Both the position numbers and the translations under genes were made by a program. Shown piece by piece: positions 41,577-52,132 of a DNA stretch of 64,000 nucleotides. The stretch comes from Marivita sp. Its GTDB lineage: Bacteria > Pseudomonadota > Alphaproteobacteria > Rhodobacterales > Rhodobacteraceae. Under the pieces are notes generated by a model. It was not told the DNA's origin and ran no database searches. It worked only from the letters and a program-made list of their open reading frames with translations. Within the stretch, counting starts at the first letter, position 1; every line of letters starts with the position of its first letter. Where the stretch lies: positions 34,474-98,473 of the forward strand of contig NZ_JBHYFV010000013.1 in NCBI RefSeq assembly GCF_051859345.1, in the 5' to 3' direction.

Positions 41577-42713
41577 ATGGCTTTGCTCAATACCGTAGAC
41601 CCGAACGGTCTCGAAGAATTCTCTGTGGTCTTCACCGACCGCTCGCTCAATCACATGTCCCCGACCTTTCAGGCCGTGATGACCGACATCTCGGACATGC
41701 TCAAAGAGGTCTACAACGCCGACGCGGTGGTGCTTGTCCCCGGCGGCGGCAGCTATGGGATGGAGGCAGTGGCGCGCCAGTTCGGGCAGGGGGCCAGAAC
41801 CCTGATCGTGCGCAATGGCTGGTTCTCCTACCGCTGGACGCAGATTTTCGACGCAGGCCAGTTCGGCGGCGACACCTTGGTGATGAAAGCCCGCCAGACC
41901 GGGAACGACGTGTTCGCTCCCTTCGCCCCGGCCCCCATCGACGAGGTGACGGCCCGCATCCGCGAGGAAAAGCCCGACATTGTCTTCGCCCCCCATGTCG
42001 AAACCAGCGCCGGGATCATCCTGCCGGATGACTATGTCAACGCGCTTGCCACAGCGGCACACGAGGTCGGGGCGCTCATGGTGCTCGACTGCATCGCCTC
42101 GGGCTGCGCCTGGATCGACATGAAGGCGACCGGTGTCGATGTCTTGATCTCGGCCCCGCAAAAAGGCTGGTCCGCCACACCCAGCACCGGTCTGGTGATG
42201 CTGTCGGACCGTGCGGTGGCGCATATGCAGGACACCACGTCCAACAGCTTTGCCGTCGATCTCAAGAAGTGGCATCAGATCATGATGGCCTATGAAAACG
42301 GCGGCCACGCCTATCACGCCACCATGCCCACGGACAGCCTGCGCGCCTTCCGCGACACGATGCTGGAAACCCGCGATTACGGCTTTGAAGAACTGAAAGA
42401 CGCGCAATGGGCGCTTGGCAACGCGGTGCGCGCCGCTCTCAAGGCTCGCGGCATCAACTCGGTCGCCGCCGAAGGCTTCGGCGCTCCGGGTGTTGTGGTC
42501 AGCTACACCACCGATGCGGAAATCCAGTCCGGCCGCGCCTTCGCCTCCCGTGGCATGCAGATCGCCGCCGGTGTACCGCTCCAATGCGACGAACCGCCGG
42601 AATTCAGCACCTTCCGCCTTGGCCTCTTCGGCCTCGACAAGCTTTATGATATCGAAGGCACCCTTGCGCGGCTCACCTCGGTGCTGGACGAGGTTCTCTC
42701 CGACCATCCCTGA
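41577..42713 (+). CDS. Class V PLP aminotransferase (serine/alanine-glyoxylate type)
   Basis: FTDRSLNHMS, HVETSAG, LDCIASG, SAPQKGW (PLP Lys), YHATMPT. Confidence 0.85.
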   Translation: MALLNTVDPNGLEEFSVVFTDRSLNHMSPTFQAVMTDISDMLKEVYNADAVVLVPGGGSYGMEAVARQFGQGARTLIVRNGWFSYRWTQIFDAGQFGGDTLVMKARQTGNDVFAPFAPAPIDEVTARIREEKPDIVFAPHVETSAGIILPDDYVNALATAAHEVGALMVLDCIASGCAWIDMKATGVDVLISAPQKGWSATPSTGLVMLSDRAVAHMQDTTSNSFAVDLKKWHQIMMAYENGGHAYHATMPTDSLRAFRDTMLETRDYGFEELKDAQWALGNAVRAALKARGINSVAAEGFGAPGVVVSYTTDAEIQSGRAFASRGMQIAAGVPLQCDEPPEFSTFRLGLFGLDKLYDIEGTLARLTSVLDEVLSDHP

Positions 42714-42730
42714 TCGGACTGATCGACAAC

Positions 42731-42773
42731 AAAAAAGCCGGGCACAATGCACGATCCCCGGCTTCTTCTTTTT
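42731..42773. terminator. Bidirectional Rho-independent terminator
   Basis: AAAAAAGCCGGG...CCCGGCTTCTTCTTTTT between convergent genes. Confidence 0.7.
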
Positions 42774-42857
42774 AAAAATATGCCAAAGCGCCAATGGCCA
42801 CGGCCACAACGATCCCGAAACGCGCGGCCGGGTCCAACCAACCGCAGCGACAGCGCC

Positions 42858-43490
42858 TTACTTGAAGTTCCGGCTGTCCTTGATCTGATCCCAGGCCCAG
42901 ACCACAAGCTGCAACTGCTCTTCCTGCGACCGGTCTCCGCCGTTGATATCCGGATGCAACACCTTGATCAGCGCCTTGTACGACTTGCGCACCTCGGCCT
43001 TGGTCCAGCTGTCCTTGGCCTCCAGGATCTCCATCGCGCGCCGTTCGGTTGGTGGCAATCGTTTGGAATACCCCGCAGACCCGCCATTCTTGCCGGGATT
43101 GCGCGTCGCATTGTCCCCCAGCACCTGATGTGGATCCTCGATCCCCAACCGCGCCCAGGCCTTGGCCTCGGGATCGCGGTAATCCTTGGTCTTGCGCTCC
43201 CACACCTTGTCCGAGGACGCCTGTGCGTTCATCTCGGCCTCGGTCTTGCCGTCAAAGAAATTCCACTTCAGGTTGTACTCGCGCACATGCTCCTGACAGA
43301 ACCAGAAATAATCATCCAGCACATCTGGCGCCTTGGGCGCCCGGAACTTTCCGGCCTCTTCGCAGCCCTCATGGTCGCACAGACGGACTGACGTTTCTGA
43401 CGCTCCTGACATGCCCCGGCGACCACGAGGGTTCTTCTTCTTGGCGGACCTGACCGACATGTCAAAACCGAATGGATCTGATTTGCTCAT
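42858..43490 (-). CDS. C-terminal J-domain (DnaJ-like) protein
   Basis: CDHEGC..G.FRAPK N-terminus, FCQEHVREYN..WNFF, HPD motif (VLHPDINGG). Confidence 0.9.
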   Translation of the reverse strand: MSKSDPFGFDMSVRSAKKKNPRGRRGMSGASETSVRLCDHEGCEEAGKFRAPKAPDVLDDYFWFCQEHVREYNLKWNFFDGKTEAEMNAQASSDKVWERKTKDYRDPEAKAWARLGIEDPHQVLGDNATRNPGKNGGSAGYSKRLPPTERRAMEILEAKDSWTKAEVRKSYKALIKVLHPDINGGDRSQEEQLQLVVWAWDQIKDSRNFK

Positions 43491-43564
43491 AACCTGCCCT
43501 TTTCGACTCGGAGGCAACACCTTAGACCAAAACGCGACAGAGGTAAGGTGCAGGACGCGAAAAA

Positions 43565-43822
43565 ATGACCAGAACTGAACAGATCGAGACACGACTCCGC
43601 GAGGCGCTCGCCCCGCGAGAACTCATGGTACAGGATGACAGCGAAAGCCATCGTGGCCATGCCGGTTACCAGGAAGGTGGCGAAAGCCATTTCAACGTCC
43701 GCATTCGCGCGGACGCCTTCAAAGGCCAATCCCGCATTGCCCGTCACCGCATGGTCCACAAGGCTCTCGGCCCCGACCTTGTCGCGGCGATTCACGCCCT
43801 GTCGATGGATCTTGACACATAG
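43565..43822 (+). CDS. bolA: BolA family protein
   Basis: DDSESHRGH, SHF, FKGQSRIARHRMV, IHAL. Confidence 0.92.
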   Translation: MTRTEQIETRLREALAPRELMVQDDSESHRGHAGYQEGGESHFNVRIRADAFKGQSRIARHRMVHKALGPDLVAAIHALSMDLDT

Positions 43823-43910
43823 GGCGCAGCTTTGCGCGGATCGCCGGGGCGTGTCGCACCCCCGGCGCTTTCAGGGACTCACCACACCTTTGGGGTGGAC
43901 CGCGCAGCGA

Positions 43911-44327
43911 TCACGCAGGCCGCGTCTCTTCGCTGCCCTCTTCATAGTCGTCGTCGGTGGTTTCGACATCGGACCGTGTCTTCCTCGCCGCAGACCGCTC
44001 TGCCGCAGGAGCCGCCAACGCCGCCACCGGCGATGTTGCTGTCAACACTGGCTCGGCCCGCACAGGTGTCGGCCGGGGAGCCTCGACCGGAGTCTCCGCC
44101 GCCATTTCGCGACGAAACACCAACAGCGTCCGCCAATGCGTCGCCGACCCGGTCAACCCCTGCCGCTCTTCCGAAGGCAACACGTCCGAGCGCTGGTACT
44201 CCCAGCCCTCCGCCGCCAATGCGTTGATCGCCTGTTCCACCCCCAGCGCAAACCGCGCCTCGGGCGTCTTGAGCCCCTTGGCCTTGACCCCCTTCACCGG
44301 GGCCGGAACCACCTTGTATTCGTACAT
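43911..44327 (-). CDS. DUF4177-like protein
   Basis: YEYKVV...INALAAEGWEY..., low-complexity tail. Confidence 0.75.
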   Translation of the reverse strand: MYEYKVVPAPVKGVKAKGLKTPEARFALGVEQAINALAAEGWEYQRSDVLPSEERQGLTGSATHWRTLLVFRREMAAETPVEAPRPTPVRAEPVLTATSPVAALAAPAAERSAARKTRSDVETTDDDYEEGSEETRPA

Positions 44328-44496
44328 GCCAACCGCCTTACATCAGAACCGCAGCCCTCATACTTTAGCCCACGCCCAGAGGCCAGCCCCGCAGGCGCGG
44401 CCTCCTCCTGGTGCGCAATCACTTAACCTACGCCAGAGTGGTACAGTTCGATCGTACAAACCGTACAAGATGTGGGCACCACGCCCCGAAAACACG

Positions 44497-44521
44497 AAAA
44501 CGGACCCAGTAGGCCCGTTTT
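44497..44521. terminator. Terminator-like hairpin downstream of gatB
   Basis: AAAACGG...CCGTTTT inverted repeat. Confidence 0.5.
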
Positions 44522-44581
44522 CACCGCTTGAAGCGTGACCGTCGAACGGCCCAAACGTACAAATCCGCTTGTTCGCAGGCG

Positions 44582-46096
44582 TTACAGCCCCAGTTTTGCC
44601 GTCACGATCTGGTTGACTGCCGCCGGGTTGGCCTTGCCGCCCGTGGCTTTCATCACCTGACCCACAAACCAGCCCGCAAGTTTCGGATTTTGCTTGGCTT
44701 TTTCCACCTGCGCCGGGTTTGCCGCGATGATCTCGTCCACCGCTTTTTCGATCATACCGGTGTCGGTGACCTGCTTCATGCCCCGCGCCTCGACGATCTC
44801 TGCCGGGTCGCCCCCTTCGGTATAGACGATCTCGAACAGGTCTTTCGCGATCTTGCCCGAGATGTCGCCTTTCTTGATAAGCGCAATGATTCCAGCGAGT
44901 TGCGCAGGCGAGACCGGGCTTTCTCCAATGTCGTGATCTTCCTTCTTGAGTCGACCGAACAATTCGTTGATGACCCAATTCGCCGCCAGCTTGCCATCAC
45001 CACACGCGGCAACAACGTTTTCGAAATACCCCGCGTTTGCCGTGTCCGCCGTCAGCACGTCCGCGTCATACTCCGAAAGCGCGAACTCCTTGACAAAGCG
45101 CGCTTTTTTCTCGTCCGGAAGTTCCGGCAGGTTCGCCGCGATGTCGTCCACCCACGCCTGTTCGATCTCCAAAGGCAGCAGATCCGGGCAGGGGAAGTAG
45201 CGATAATCATGCGCCTCTTCCTTGGAGCGCATTGATCTTGTTTCATTTTTATCCGGATCGTAAAGCCGCGTTTCCTGATCAATCTTGCCACCGGCCTCCA
45301 GAATTCCGATCTGCCGCCGCGCCTCGTAGTCAATCGCCATCTGGATGAACCGCATGGAGTTCATGTTCTTGATCTCGCAGCGTGTGCCGAGATGGGAAAA
45401 ATCCTGTGATTCCTGATACTTCTCGTACTGACCGGGACGACAAACCGACACGTTCACATCCGCCCGCAGGTTGCCGTTCTGCATGTTTCCGTCACACGTC
45501 CCCAGATACCGCAAGATCTGGCGCAGCTTCACAACATAAGCCGCCGCTTCCTCGGGACCGCGGATATCTGGGCGGCTGACAATCTCCATCAGCGCCACAC
45601 CCGTCCGGTTGAGATCCACAAACGACATCGTCGGGTCCATATCGTGAATCGACTTGCCCGCATCCTGTTCGATGTGAATGCGTTCGATCCGCACCAGCCG
45701 TGCAATGCCGGGTTCCATGTCCACGATCACTTCACCTTCACCCACGATAGGGTGATAAAGCTGGCTGATCTGGTAGCCTTGCGGCAAGTCCGGATAGAAA
45801 TAATTCTTGCGATCAAAGGCACTTACAAGGTTGATCTGCGCCTTGAGGCCCAACCCGGTGCGCACCGCCTGTTCGACGCAGAACTCGTTGATGACCGGAA
45901 GCATCCCCGGCATCGCGGCGTCCACGAAGGCCACGTTGGAATTGGGTTCCGCGCCGAACTGCGTGGACGCCCCGGAAAACAGCTTGGCCTTGGAGGCAAT
46001 CTGCGCATGCACCTCCATCCCGATCACCAGTTCCCAATCGTGCTTGGCACCGGCGATTACCTTGGGTTTCGGGGTCTCAAAGCTCAGGTCCAACAT
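44582..46096 (-). CDS. gatB: Asp/Glu-tRNA amidotransferase subunit B
   Basis: [49 protein letters not shown]. Confidence 0.97.
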   Translation of the reverse strand: MLDLSFETPKPKVIAGAKHDWELVIGMEVHAQIASKAKLFSGASTQFGAEPNSNVAFVDAAMPGMLPVINEFCVEQAVRTGLGLKAQINLVSAFDRKNYFYPDLPQGYQISQLYHPIVGEGEVIVDMEPGIARLVRIERIHIEQDAGKSIHDMDPTMSFVDLNRTGVALMEIVSRPDIRGPEEAAAYVVKLRQILRYLGTCDGNMQNGNLRADVNVSVCRPGQYEKYQESQDFSHLGTRCEIKNMNSMRFIQMAIDYEARRQIGILEAGGKIDQETRLYDPDKNETRSMRSKEEAHDYRYFPCPDLLPLEIEQAWVDDIAANLPELPDEKKARFVKEFALSEYDADVLTADTANAGYFENVVAACGDGKLAANWVINELFGRLKKEDHDIGESPVSPAQLAGIIALIKKGDISGKIAKDLFEIVYTEGGDPAEIVEARGMKQVTDTGMIEKAVDEIIAANPAQVEKAKQNPKLAGWFVGQVMKATGGKANPAAVNQIVTAKLGL

Positions 46097-46188
46097 GGCA
46101 CATCCTCTTGGCGCGAACGCCGCGTGGAATACGCCAGAGGGGGGCAAGGAGCAAGAGGGCGGTGGGCGGTTTTGACATCCCGAGTGTC

Positions 46189-47382
46189 CTACGCATCCGG
46201 GTTCGTGACAGGCGGAAGCCCACGCGCATGACGGTCAAGCGCCGCCGAGGCGCGCTGTCGTCCCTTGGCAAGCCGGTCCTGATCGTCGAGCCGTGACGCC
46301 CAGACACCTTTCGCGGCGTACCAGACACGGGGATGAACTTCGCGCAGATGCTCGCTGACGATCCAGTCAAAGCAGTCCGCGATCCGCGCGCGCGCCTCAA
46401 GGTTGACGCCAGCGGGCTCAAGCGCGCTGCCCGTGTAGGCGGCAAGAACATTGACGCTGTGCTGGTCTGTCTGACGCGCCAGAATGTCACGCAGCCCTGT
46501 GCAGAAGAGGTCCGCATCCAGAAGGGCAAACGCCTCATCATCGACACTGAGCGCATCAAGATATGTCCAGGTGTATCCGCCGGTGCCCCAGATGTCGCTG
46601 GTGCGCTCCATCGTGCGACGCGCCTCGTGATCCAGCCGCTGATAGCTGCCGAACCAGCGCGGCAGCATGTGGTTGCCAAGGGCACGCATGTATTTGGCGA
46701 CGCCGGGGGCAAGGTCGATCAGGTCTTCATAATCGTCGCTGGCCCGCGTCCTGGGCCGCGTTTCGGCCGACAGCAAGGCGCAGCGCACAGCGGCGAGCAT
46801 GGGCGAGTCGAGCTCAAAGGCATCGTATTGGTCGATCAGGTCACCCGCGCTCTTGAAGTGGCGGAAAAAGGCGGCGCGATGGGCGGCCGGGATGTCCTGC
46901 CGCCAGCCTTCGCCGCGCCAGGCCCAGCCAATGTCGATATGGGCCATCGCAACCACATAGGCGACGCCGTGATCATGTTCGGTTTCATCCAGCACAAGCT
47001 GCATGTCGTTCATGATCGACACGGCACTCAGTTCGTCACCTGCCTTTACCGCCCGATTGGCGGCCGTGATCAGGTCTGCGCGCGCGCCCTCGGCCAGGAT
47101 TTCCGCTTCGGGGACACCGCCGGGTGTGGTGACGCGGCCTGCATCGGCGGTGCGGATGCGATCGCCAAGGGTGGCCCAGGCATCCTGCCGTGCCATGTAC
47201 AATCCGGCCTCGAACAGGGCGTGGTGCATGTCCTCTTCTTCGCTGGTCGTCTTGATGGGAAGGTTCAATTTCGGGGTGGTCTTCAGCGCTTCGATATTCA
47301 GCAGGGTTCCCCCCGAAACCGGTGCATCAACACCACTGCGGGCTTTGCGGATCAGGGTTGTCAGGTTGTCCAGAACGGGCAT
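46189..47382 (-). CDS. Hypothetical alpha-helical protein (DUF4034-like)
   Basis: 397-aa ORF filling the gap; GWAWRG and MLPRWFGS motifs recalled from DUF4034-type proteins. Confidence 0.55.
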   Translation of the reverse strand: MPVLDNLTTLIRKARSGVDAPVSGGTLLNIEALKTTPKLNLPIKTTSEEEDMHHALFEAGLYMARQDAWATLGDRIRTADAGRVTTPGGVPEAEILAEGARADLITAANRAVKAGDELSAVSIMNDMQLVLDETEHDHGVAYVVAMAHIDIGWAWRGEGWRQDIPAAHRAAFFRHFKSAGDLIDQYDAFELDSPMLAAVRCALLSAETRPRTRASDDYEDLIDLAPGVAKYMRALGNHMLPRWFGSYQRLDHEARRTMERTSDIWGTGGYTWTYLDALSVDDEAFALLDADLFCTGLRDILARQTDQHSVNVLAAYTGSALEPAGVNLEARARIADCFDWIVSEHLREVHPRVWYAAKGVWASRLDDQDRLAKGRQRASAALDRHARGLPPVTNPDA

Positions 47383-47625
47383 CGCATTGGCCTTCAGGTT
47401 GTCCAGAACAGGTTCCGGACGGGAATGGGAATGCCCAATGATTTGCCTGAAAAAAATGTCTCAAATCAGGCGTCAAAACGATTTCGAAGGGGTATTCTGG
47501 AGGCGTCGGCAATGCCTTGGCTGTTTTCCACCGAAGATCGGAATTTCGCGCAGAAAGCCGCGCATGGATCGGCCCAACGGCGCTTGTGCTTGATTTTTGG
47601 CGAAAAATCGGAAACACACGTCCGG

Positions 47626-48345
47626 ATGTCACGCTGGGGGATCATATGCGTGGCGGTGTTGATGCTTGGTTTTTCCGGGTCCGTTTCCGCGACACCTGCC
47701 ACAATGGTTGATGGGCAATCAACCACCGCGCTGACCGCGTCGCTGCGGCCTGTCGCGCGAAATTACACCCCGCTTCCTGACATGCGCTGGAGCCATCGAA
47801 ACGAAGCTGACCGCTGGTCGCGCGCCGCGCTGATGGCGCTGCGCAGTCACGCAAGCGTTCTGCCGCGTACCGTTCCGAAAGACATCGCGGATTGGTGTCC
47901 GGCCTATACATCCAACGATACATCCGCGCGCGAAGCGTTCTGGGTCGGCCTGTTGTCGACGCTTGCCAAACACGAAAGCACCTTCCGTCCGACAGCCGTG
48001 GGTGGTGGCGGAAAATGGTATGGGCTGCTTCAAATCCTGCCAGCCACGGCACGGGGATATCGTTGCAATGCGACCTCGCGCGATGCGCTCAAGAATGGGG
48101 GCGCAAATTTGCAATGTGCGCTCCGGATCATGGCCGTGACAGTGCCGCGCGATGGCGTGGTGGCCTACGGCATGCGCGGTGTGGCTGCGGATTGGGGCCC
48201 GTTTCACAGTCGGATCAAACGCACTGACATGATGAAGTGGATCCGCGCGCAGCCTTACTGTGCAGGGCTTTCGCGGTCTTTACGTCCGGTGGCACGCCCT
48301 GTTCGTGCCCCATGGCAAGGGGTTGTGTCGACCCAAGGGTTCTAG
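47626..48345 (+). CDS. Exported lytic transglycosylase (SLT domain)
   Basis: Signal peptide; catalytic AKHES and YGLLQI motifs; the upstream part of the tracked ORF is a shadow. Confidence 0.85.
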   Translation: MSRWGIICVAVLMLGFSGSVSATPATMVDGQSTTALTASLRPVARNYTPLPDMRWSHRNEADRWSRAALMALRSHASVLPRTVPKDIADWCPAYTSNDTSAREAFWVGLLSTLAKHESTFRPTAVGGGGKWYGLLQILPATARGYRCNATSRDALKNGGANLQCALRIMAVTVPRDGVVAYGMRGVAADWGPFHSRIKRTDMMKWIRAQPYCAGLSRSLRPVARPVRAPWQGVVSTQGF

Positions 48346-49202
48346 GCCCGCCGCGCCGGAAAGCGGGACGCATCCAACAGAGACACGCCCTGCATCGGCG
48401 CTTCGCCCAAGGCCAGTGTCGCACGTCGCAAAAGCGCAATCCCGTCTTCCGAATTTTCTGGCAGTGCCTTTGGGGAAATCTGCTCTCCCACCCGAATTTC
48501 ATAGGGTTGACGGTGCTTGTTCAGGGTTTCATGGAACAGGGTGATGTCGCGCAATGTCGGGTGGATCGCGTCGAACAGATAGAACAGCGCCGAATTGCGC
48601 GCCTGAAGATGGATCGGGATCACCGGAAGGTCAAACTTGCGCGCCAGCATCGCGGCAGAGGCCATCCAGGGACGCTCGTGCAGCCGCGTACCGCGTCGTT
48701 TGGCCAGACGCCCTGACGGGAAAATGACACCCAGGCGACCCTCCTTGACGGCCTGCCGGGCGAAAACCATCGTCTCGCGCGTCTTGGCGTGGCTGCGCCG
48801 ATCCTTGCGCCATTCCACGGGCGCAATCATGTCGGCCATCTGCGGCATCACTTTCAGAATGTCATGATTCGCAAAGTAATACGCGTCCGGGCGTATGGAT
48901 TTCAGAATGCCATGCAGAATGATCCCATCTGCAATCCCCGTCGGGTGATTGGCGACGATCAAGGCCGCCCCACGCCGCGGCAGCTGGCCCAGACCCGACA
49001 CCGTCACCTTCTGTGCCAGACGCTCTGCCATGATGTTCATGATCTGCGATGAGGGCAGCGTGCCGATCTCTTCAGCCAGCGCGACGGTGCTGTCATAACC
49101 CAAAAGCGTGTTCAGGACAGGGCGGGCGAAAGAGGCTGCCATCGTCGGCCGGAACAGCCAAGGCGCGCGGTCCTCGATCAGTGGGTCAATCCGGTCTTTC
49201 AT
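48342..49202 (-). CDS. Lysophospholipid/glycerol acyltransferase family protein
   Basis: HX4D (ANHPTGIADG), IFPSG. Confidence 0.85.
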   Translation of the reverse strand: MKDRIDPLIEDRAPWLFRPTMAASFARPVLNTLLGYDSTVALAEEIGTLPSSQIMNIMAERLAQKVTVSGLGQLPRRGAALIVANHPTGIADGIILHGILKSIRPDAYYFANHDILKVMPQMADMIAPVEWRKDRRSHAKTRETMVFARQAVKEGRLGVIFPSGRLAKRRGTRLHERPWMASAAMLARKFDLPVIPIHLQARNSALFYLFDAIHPTLRDITLFHETLNKHRQPYEIRVGEQISPKALPENSEDGIALLRRATLALGEAPMQGVSLLDASRFPARRA

Positions 49203-49407
49203 GCGGCCTCTCCTGACAGAACTGCGTGTCAATGGCATGACAAACGCAGAGCAAACTGTTCCGGGAGGCAAGTCATAATTCCGAAACACCTACCTTTGCG
49301 CAATGTCATGCCACTTGCCCCTCAACGCAGGCAACCCTCCGCCGGTTCCCAAAAGAATGGCCGCGTTGAAAAAAGGCGAAGAGGTACGGTGCCTGCCGAT
49401 TGCCAGC

Positions 49408-49436
49408 CCGATCCAACGCGGCACCGATTGGATCGG
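49408..49436. terminator. Hairpin downstream of pepN
   Basis: CCGATCCAA-11nt-TTGGATCGG perfect 9-bp stem. Confidence 0.45.
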
Positions 49437-49460
49437 TTGACCCGACAACCAGTCATCCGG

Positions 49461-52010
49461 TCAGCCCAGAATCCGGCTGACCATTTCATCTGTGTCTCGG
49501 CTCAGGTTCGGTTTGGCCTTGATCCGCTCAAGCGCGGTCTTGATCTTGGTCTGCCGGTCCTCATCGTATCGTTTCCAGGTCTGGAAGACGGAACACATGC
49601 GCGCCGTGGTCTGCGGGTTCTTGTCGTCCAGCGTGATGAGCCAATCGGCAAGGAACGCATATCCCGCGCCATCCTTGCGGTGGAACCCGGCGTGGTTCAT
49701 CGCGAACCCGCCCATCACCGCGCGGAACCGGTTGGGGTTGGTCAGATCAAAGGCGGGGTGTTCCACAAGGCTTTCCGCCACGTCCACCGCGATATCCGGT
49801 TTTGCCATGCCGACCTGCAAACCGAACCATTTGTCCATGACAAGTCGGTCATCTTTCCACTGAGATTCGAATGACTTGACCGCGCTGTCGCCTTTATCGG
49901 CAGAAATAAGCTGCGACAGAGCCGATAACTGCAATGTCATATTGTCAGCACTGTCATACTGGGCCTGTGCTGCCGCGCCGCCGTCGAGCCGTGTCTGCAA
50001 ACCCAGAAGTGCCGACCCCAACGACCGCTTGCCCGACTGATCCGCATCCGGCGCATAGGGATCATGCACCACAACCGATCCGCGCAGGTCAGACAGGAAA
50101 CCTGTCCACGCGACCGCCATGTGGTTGCGCAGATCCTCTGCCGCCTGCCAGATCGCATCGGGGTCAGGCGTCGTGCCCAACTCAAACAGGACCTGCGCCA
50201 TTTCGGACTGGCTGGGGAGTGCCATCATCAGCGCCCGGAATGCGGCGTCCAGCGCGTCATCCCGCACCACCCGTTCCAGCCCGTCAAGCCATGCGGTGTC
50301 CGGCGCGGCACCATCGCGGATCATCGCCACAAGGCAGTCACGGGCAAGGTTGCGGTTTGCCTCCCAGCGGTTGAATTCATCGGTGTCATGCGCCAGCAGG
50401 AAGGCCTGTTCCTCGCGGCTGACCTCACGCTCCAAAACGATGGGGGCTGAAAATCCGCGCAGGATCGACGGCACAGGTTTGCCGGCCAGACCGTCGAAGG
50501 TAAAGCTTTGTTCGGCGTTAGTCATTTCCAGAACCTGCGTCGGCACAACCTCGTCACCGTTGGGATTCAGCAATCCAACGGCAATTGGAATGACCTTGGG
50601 GTCTTTCACAACCTGTCCCGGCGTCGACGGTGTGTGCTGTCTGAAGGTCAGGGTATAGACCCCGTCCGACCACGCCTCGGACACAGCGACGCGGGGCGTA
50701 CCGGATTGCGCATACCAGAGCTTGAACTGCGCAAGGTCACGGCCCGTGGCATCCGCGAACACCTGCAACCAATCCTCGATAGTGCAGGCCTGACCGTCAT
50801 GACGGTCAAAATAAAGGTCAAGAGCACGGGAATAAGCATCGTCACCCACCAACGTTTTCAGCATGCCGATCACTTCGGCACCCTTTTCGTAAACCGTGGC
50901 GGTGTAGAAATTGTTAATTTCCTGAAAACTCTCCGGCCGCACCGGGTGGCTCAATGGTCCCTGATCTTCGGGGAACTGCCGTGCGCGCAGATCAATCACG
51001 TCGCTGATGCGTTTCACCGGAGCCGAGCGCATGTCCGACGTGAACTGGCTGTCGCGATAGACGGTCAGCCCCTCTTTCAGACACAGCTGGAACCAGTCGC
51101 GGCAGGTGATGCGGTTGCCGGTCCAGTTGTGGAAATACTCATGCGCAATAATCGCTTCAATTCTTTCGAAATTCGCGTCCGTGCTTGTTTCGGGCGACGC
51201 CAGAACGCAGGAGGAATTGAACACGTTCAGCCCCTTGTTTTCCATTGCGCCCATATTGAAATCGTCGACTGCGACGATGTTGAAGATGTCCAGATCGTAT
51301 TCGCGCCCATACTCCTTTTCATCCCAAGACATTGATTTCTTGAGAGCTTCCATCCCGAAGGCGCATTTGTCCTCGTCCCCCGGACGGACCCAGATGTTCA
51401 ATTCCACATCCTTGCCGGACAGGGTGGTGAAGGTGTCGGGATGGTTGACCAGATCGCCGGCGACGAGGGCGAAGAGGTAGGCCGGTTTGGGCCACGGATC
51501 GTGCCATTCCGCCCAGCCGTCGCCGGTGCCCGCGGGATTGCCATTGGACAGCTTCACCTTTTCTTCACCCTCGATTCGTACGGTGAAGGTGCTCATCACG
51601 TCCGGGCGATCCGGATAGTAGGTGATCTTGCGGAACCCTTCCGCCTCGCATTGGGTGCAATACATGCCGTTCGACATGTAAAGCCCTTCAAGCGCGGTGT
51701 TGGTCTGCGGGCTGATCTCGACCTCGGCCTCCCAAACGAAAGGCCCGTCCGGCACGGCGCAGCGCAGCCCGTCGTCGGTCAGGTCAGGCGAAACCTCGGC
51801 CCCGTCGATCTTGGCCCAGATCAGGGAAAGGTCTTCGCCATGAAGGAAAAACGTCCGGTCCGTCGCATCCGGATTGGGCGCAAACGATATCCGGCTGATG
51901 ACCCGCGTAGAGGTCGGTGCCAAACGAAAGGTCAGGTGAACACTTTCCACCACATAACCGTACGGGGTGTAATCCTTGAGGTAGATCGTCTTGGGCGCGG
52001 CGTCTTTCAT
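49461..52010 (-). CDS. pepN: Aminopeptidase N
   Basis: TQCEAEGFR, GAMENKG, HEYFH(NWTGNR)..KEG, TVYEKG, NPNRFRA. Confidence 0.97.
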   Translation of the reverse strand: MKDAAPKTIYLKDYTPYGYVVESVHLTFRLAPTSTRVISRISFAPNPDATDRTFFLHGEDLSLIWAKIDGAEVSPDLTDDGLRCAVPDGPFVWEAEVEISPQTNTALEGLYMSNGMYCTQCEAEGFRKITYYPDRPDVMSTFTVRIEGEEKVKLSNGNPAGTGDGWAEWHDPWPKPAYLFALVAGDLVNHPDTFTTLSGKDVELNIWVRPGDEDKCAFGMEALKKSMSWDEKEYGREYDLDIFNIVAVDDFNMGAMENKGLNVFNSSCVLASPETSTDANFERIEAIIAHEYFHNWTGNRITCRDWFQLCLKEGLTVYRDSQFTSDMRSAPVKRISDVIDLRARQFPEDQGPLSHPVRPESFQEINNFYTATVYEKGAEVIGMLKTLVGDDAYSRALDLYFDRHDGQACTIEDWLQVFADATGRDLAQFKLWYAQSGTPRVAVSEAWSDGVYTLTFRQHTPSTPGQVVKDPKVIPIAVGLLNPNGDEVVPTQVLEMTNAEQSFTFDGLAGKPVPSILRGFSAPIVLEREVSREEQAFLLAHDTDEFNRWEANRNLARDCLVAMIRDGAAPDTAWLDGLERVVRDDALDAAFRALMMALPSQSEMAQVLFELGTTPDPDAIWQAAEDLRNHMAVAWTGFLSDLRGSVVVHDPYAPDADQSGKRSLGSALLGLQTRLDGGAAAQAQYDSADNMTLQLSALSQLISADKGDSAVKSFESQWKDDRLVMDKWFGLQVGMAKPDIAVDVAESLVEHPAFDLTNPNRFRAVMGGFAMNHAGFHRKDGAGYAFLADWLITLDDKNPQTTARMCSVFQTWKRYDEDRQTKIKTALERIKAKPNLSRDTDEMVSRILG

Positions 52011-52132
52011 CGGAAGCTCCGGATTGGGGATGTTGCGTGTTGACGTAATACCTAAGCCGGGATTTGAAAGAAGGGAAACGGGTTGCACTTGCGGGACTGT
52101 TCAAATGCACGCCACCGCCTAGCTTGCATAGT

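Noticed and set aside
40995-42809. 604-aa minus-strand ORF (also 26281-28137, 17726-19291, 38136-39608, 33251-34708, 56702-58012)
   Set aside because: Shadows opposite well-supported genes.
46333-47625. Apparent 430-aa N-terminal extension of the lytic transglycosylase
   Set aside because: Overlaps the antisense of the 397-aa gene; a signal peptide at 47626 marks the plausible start.
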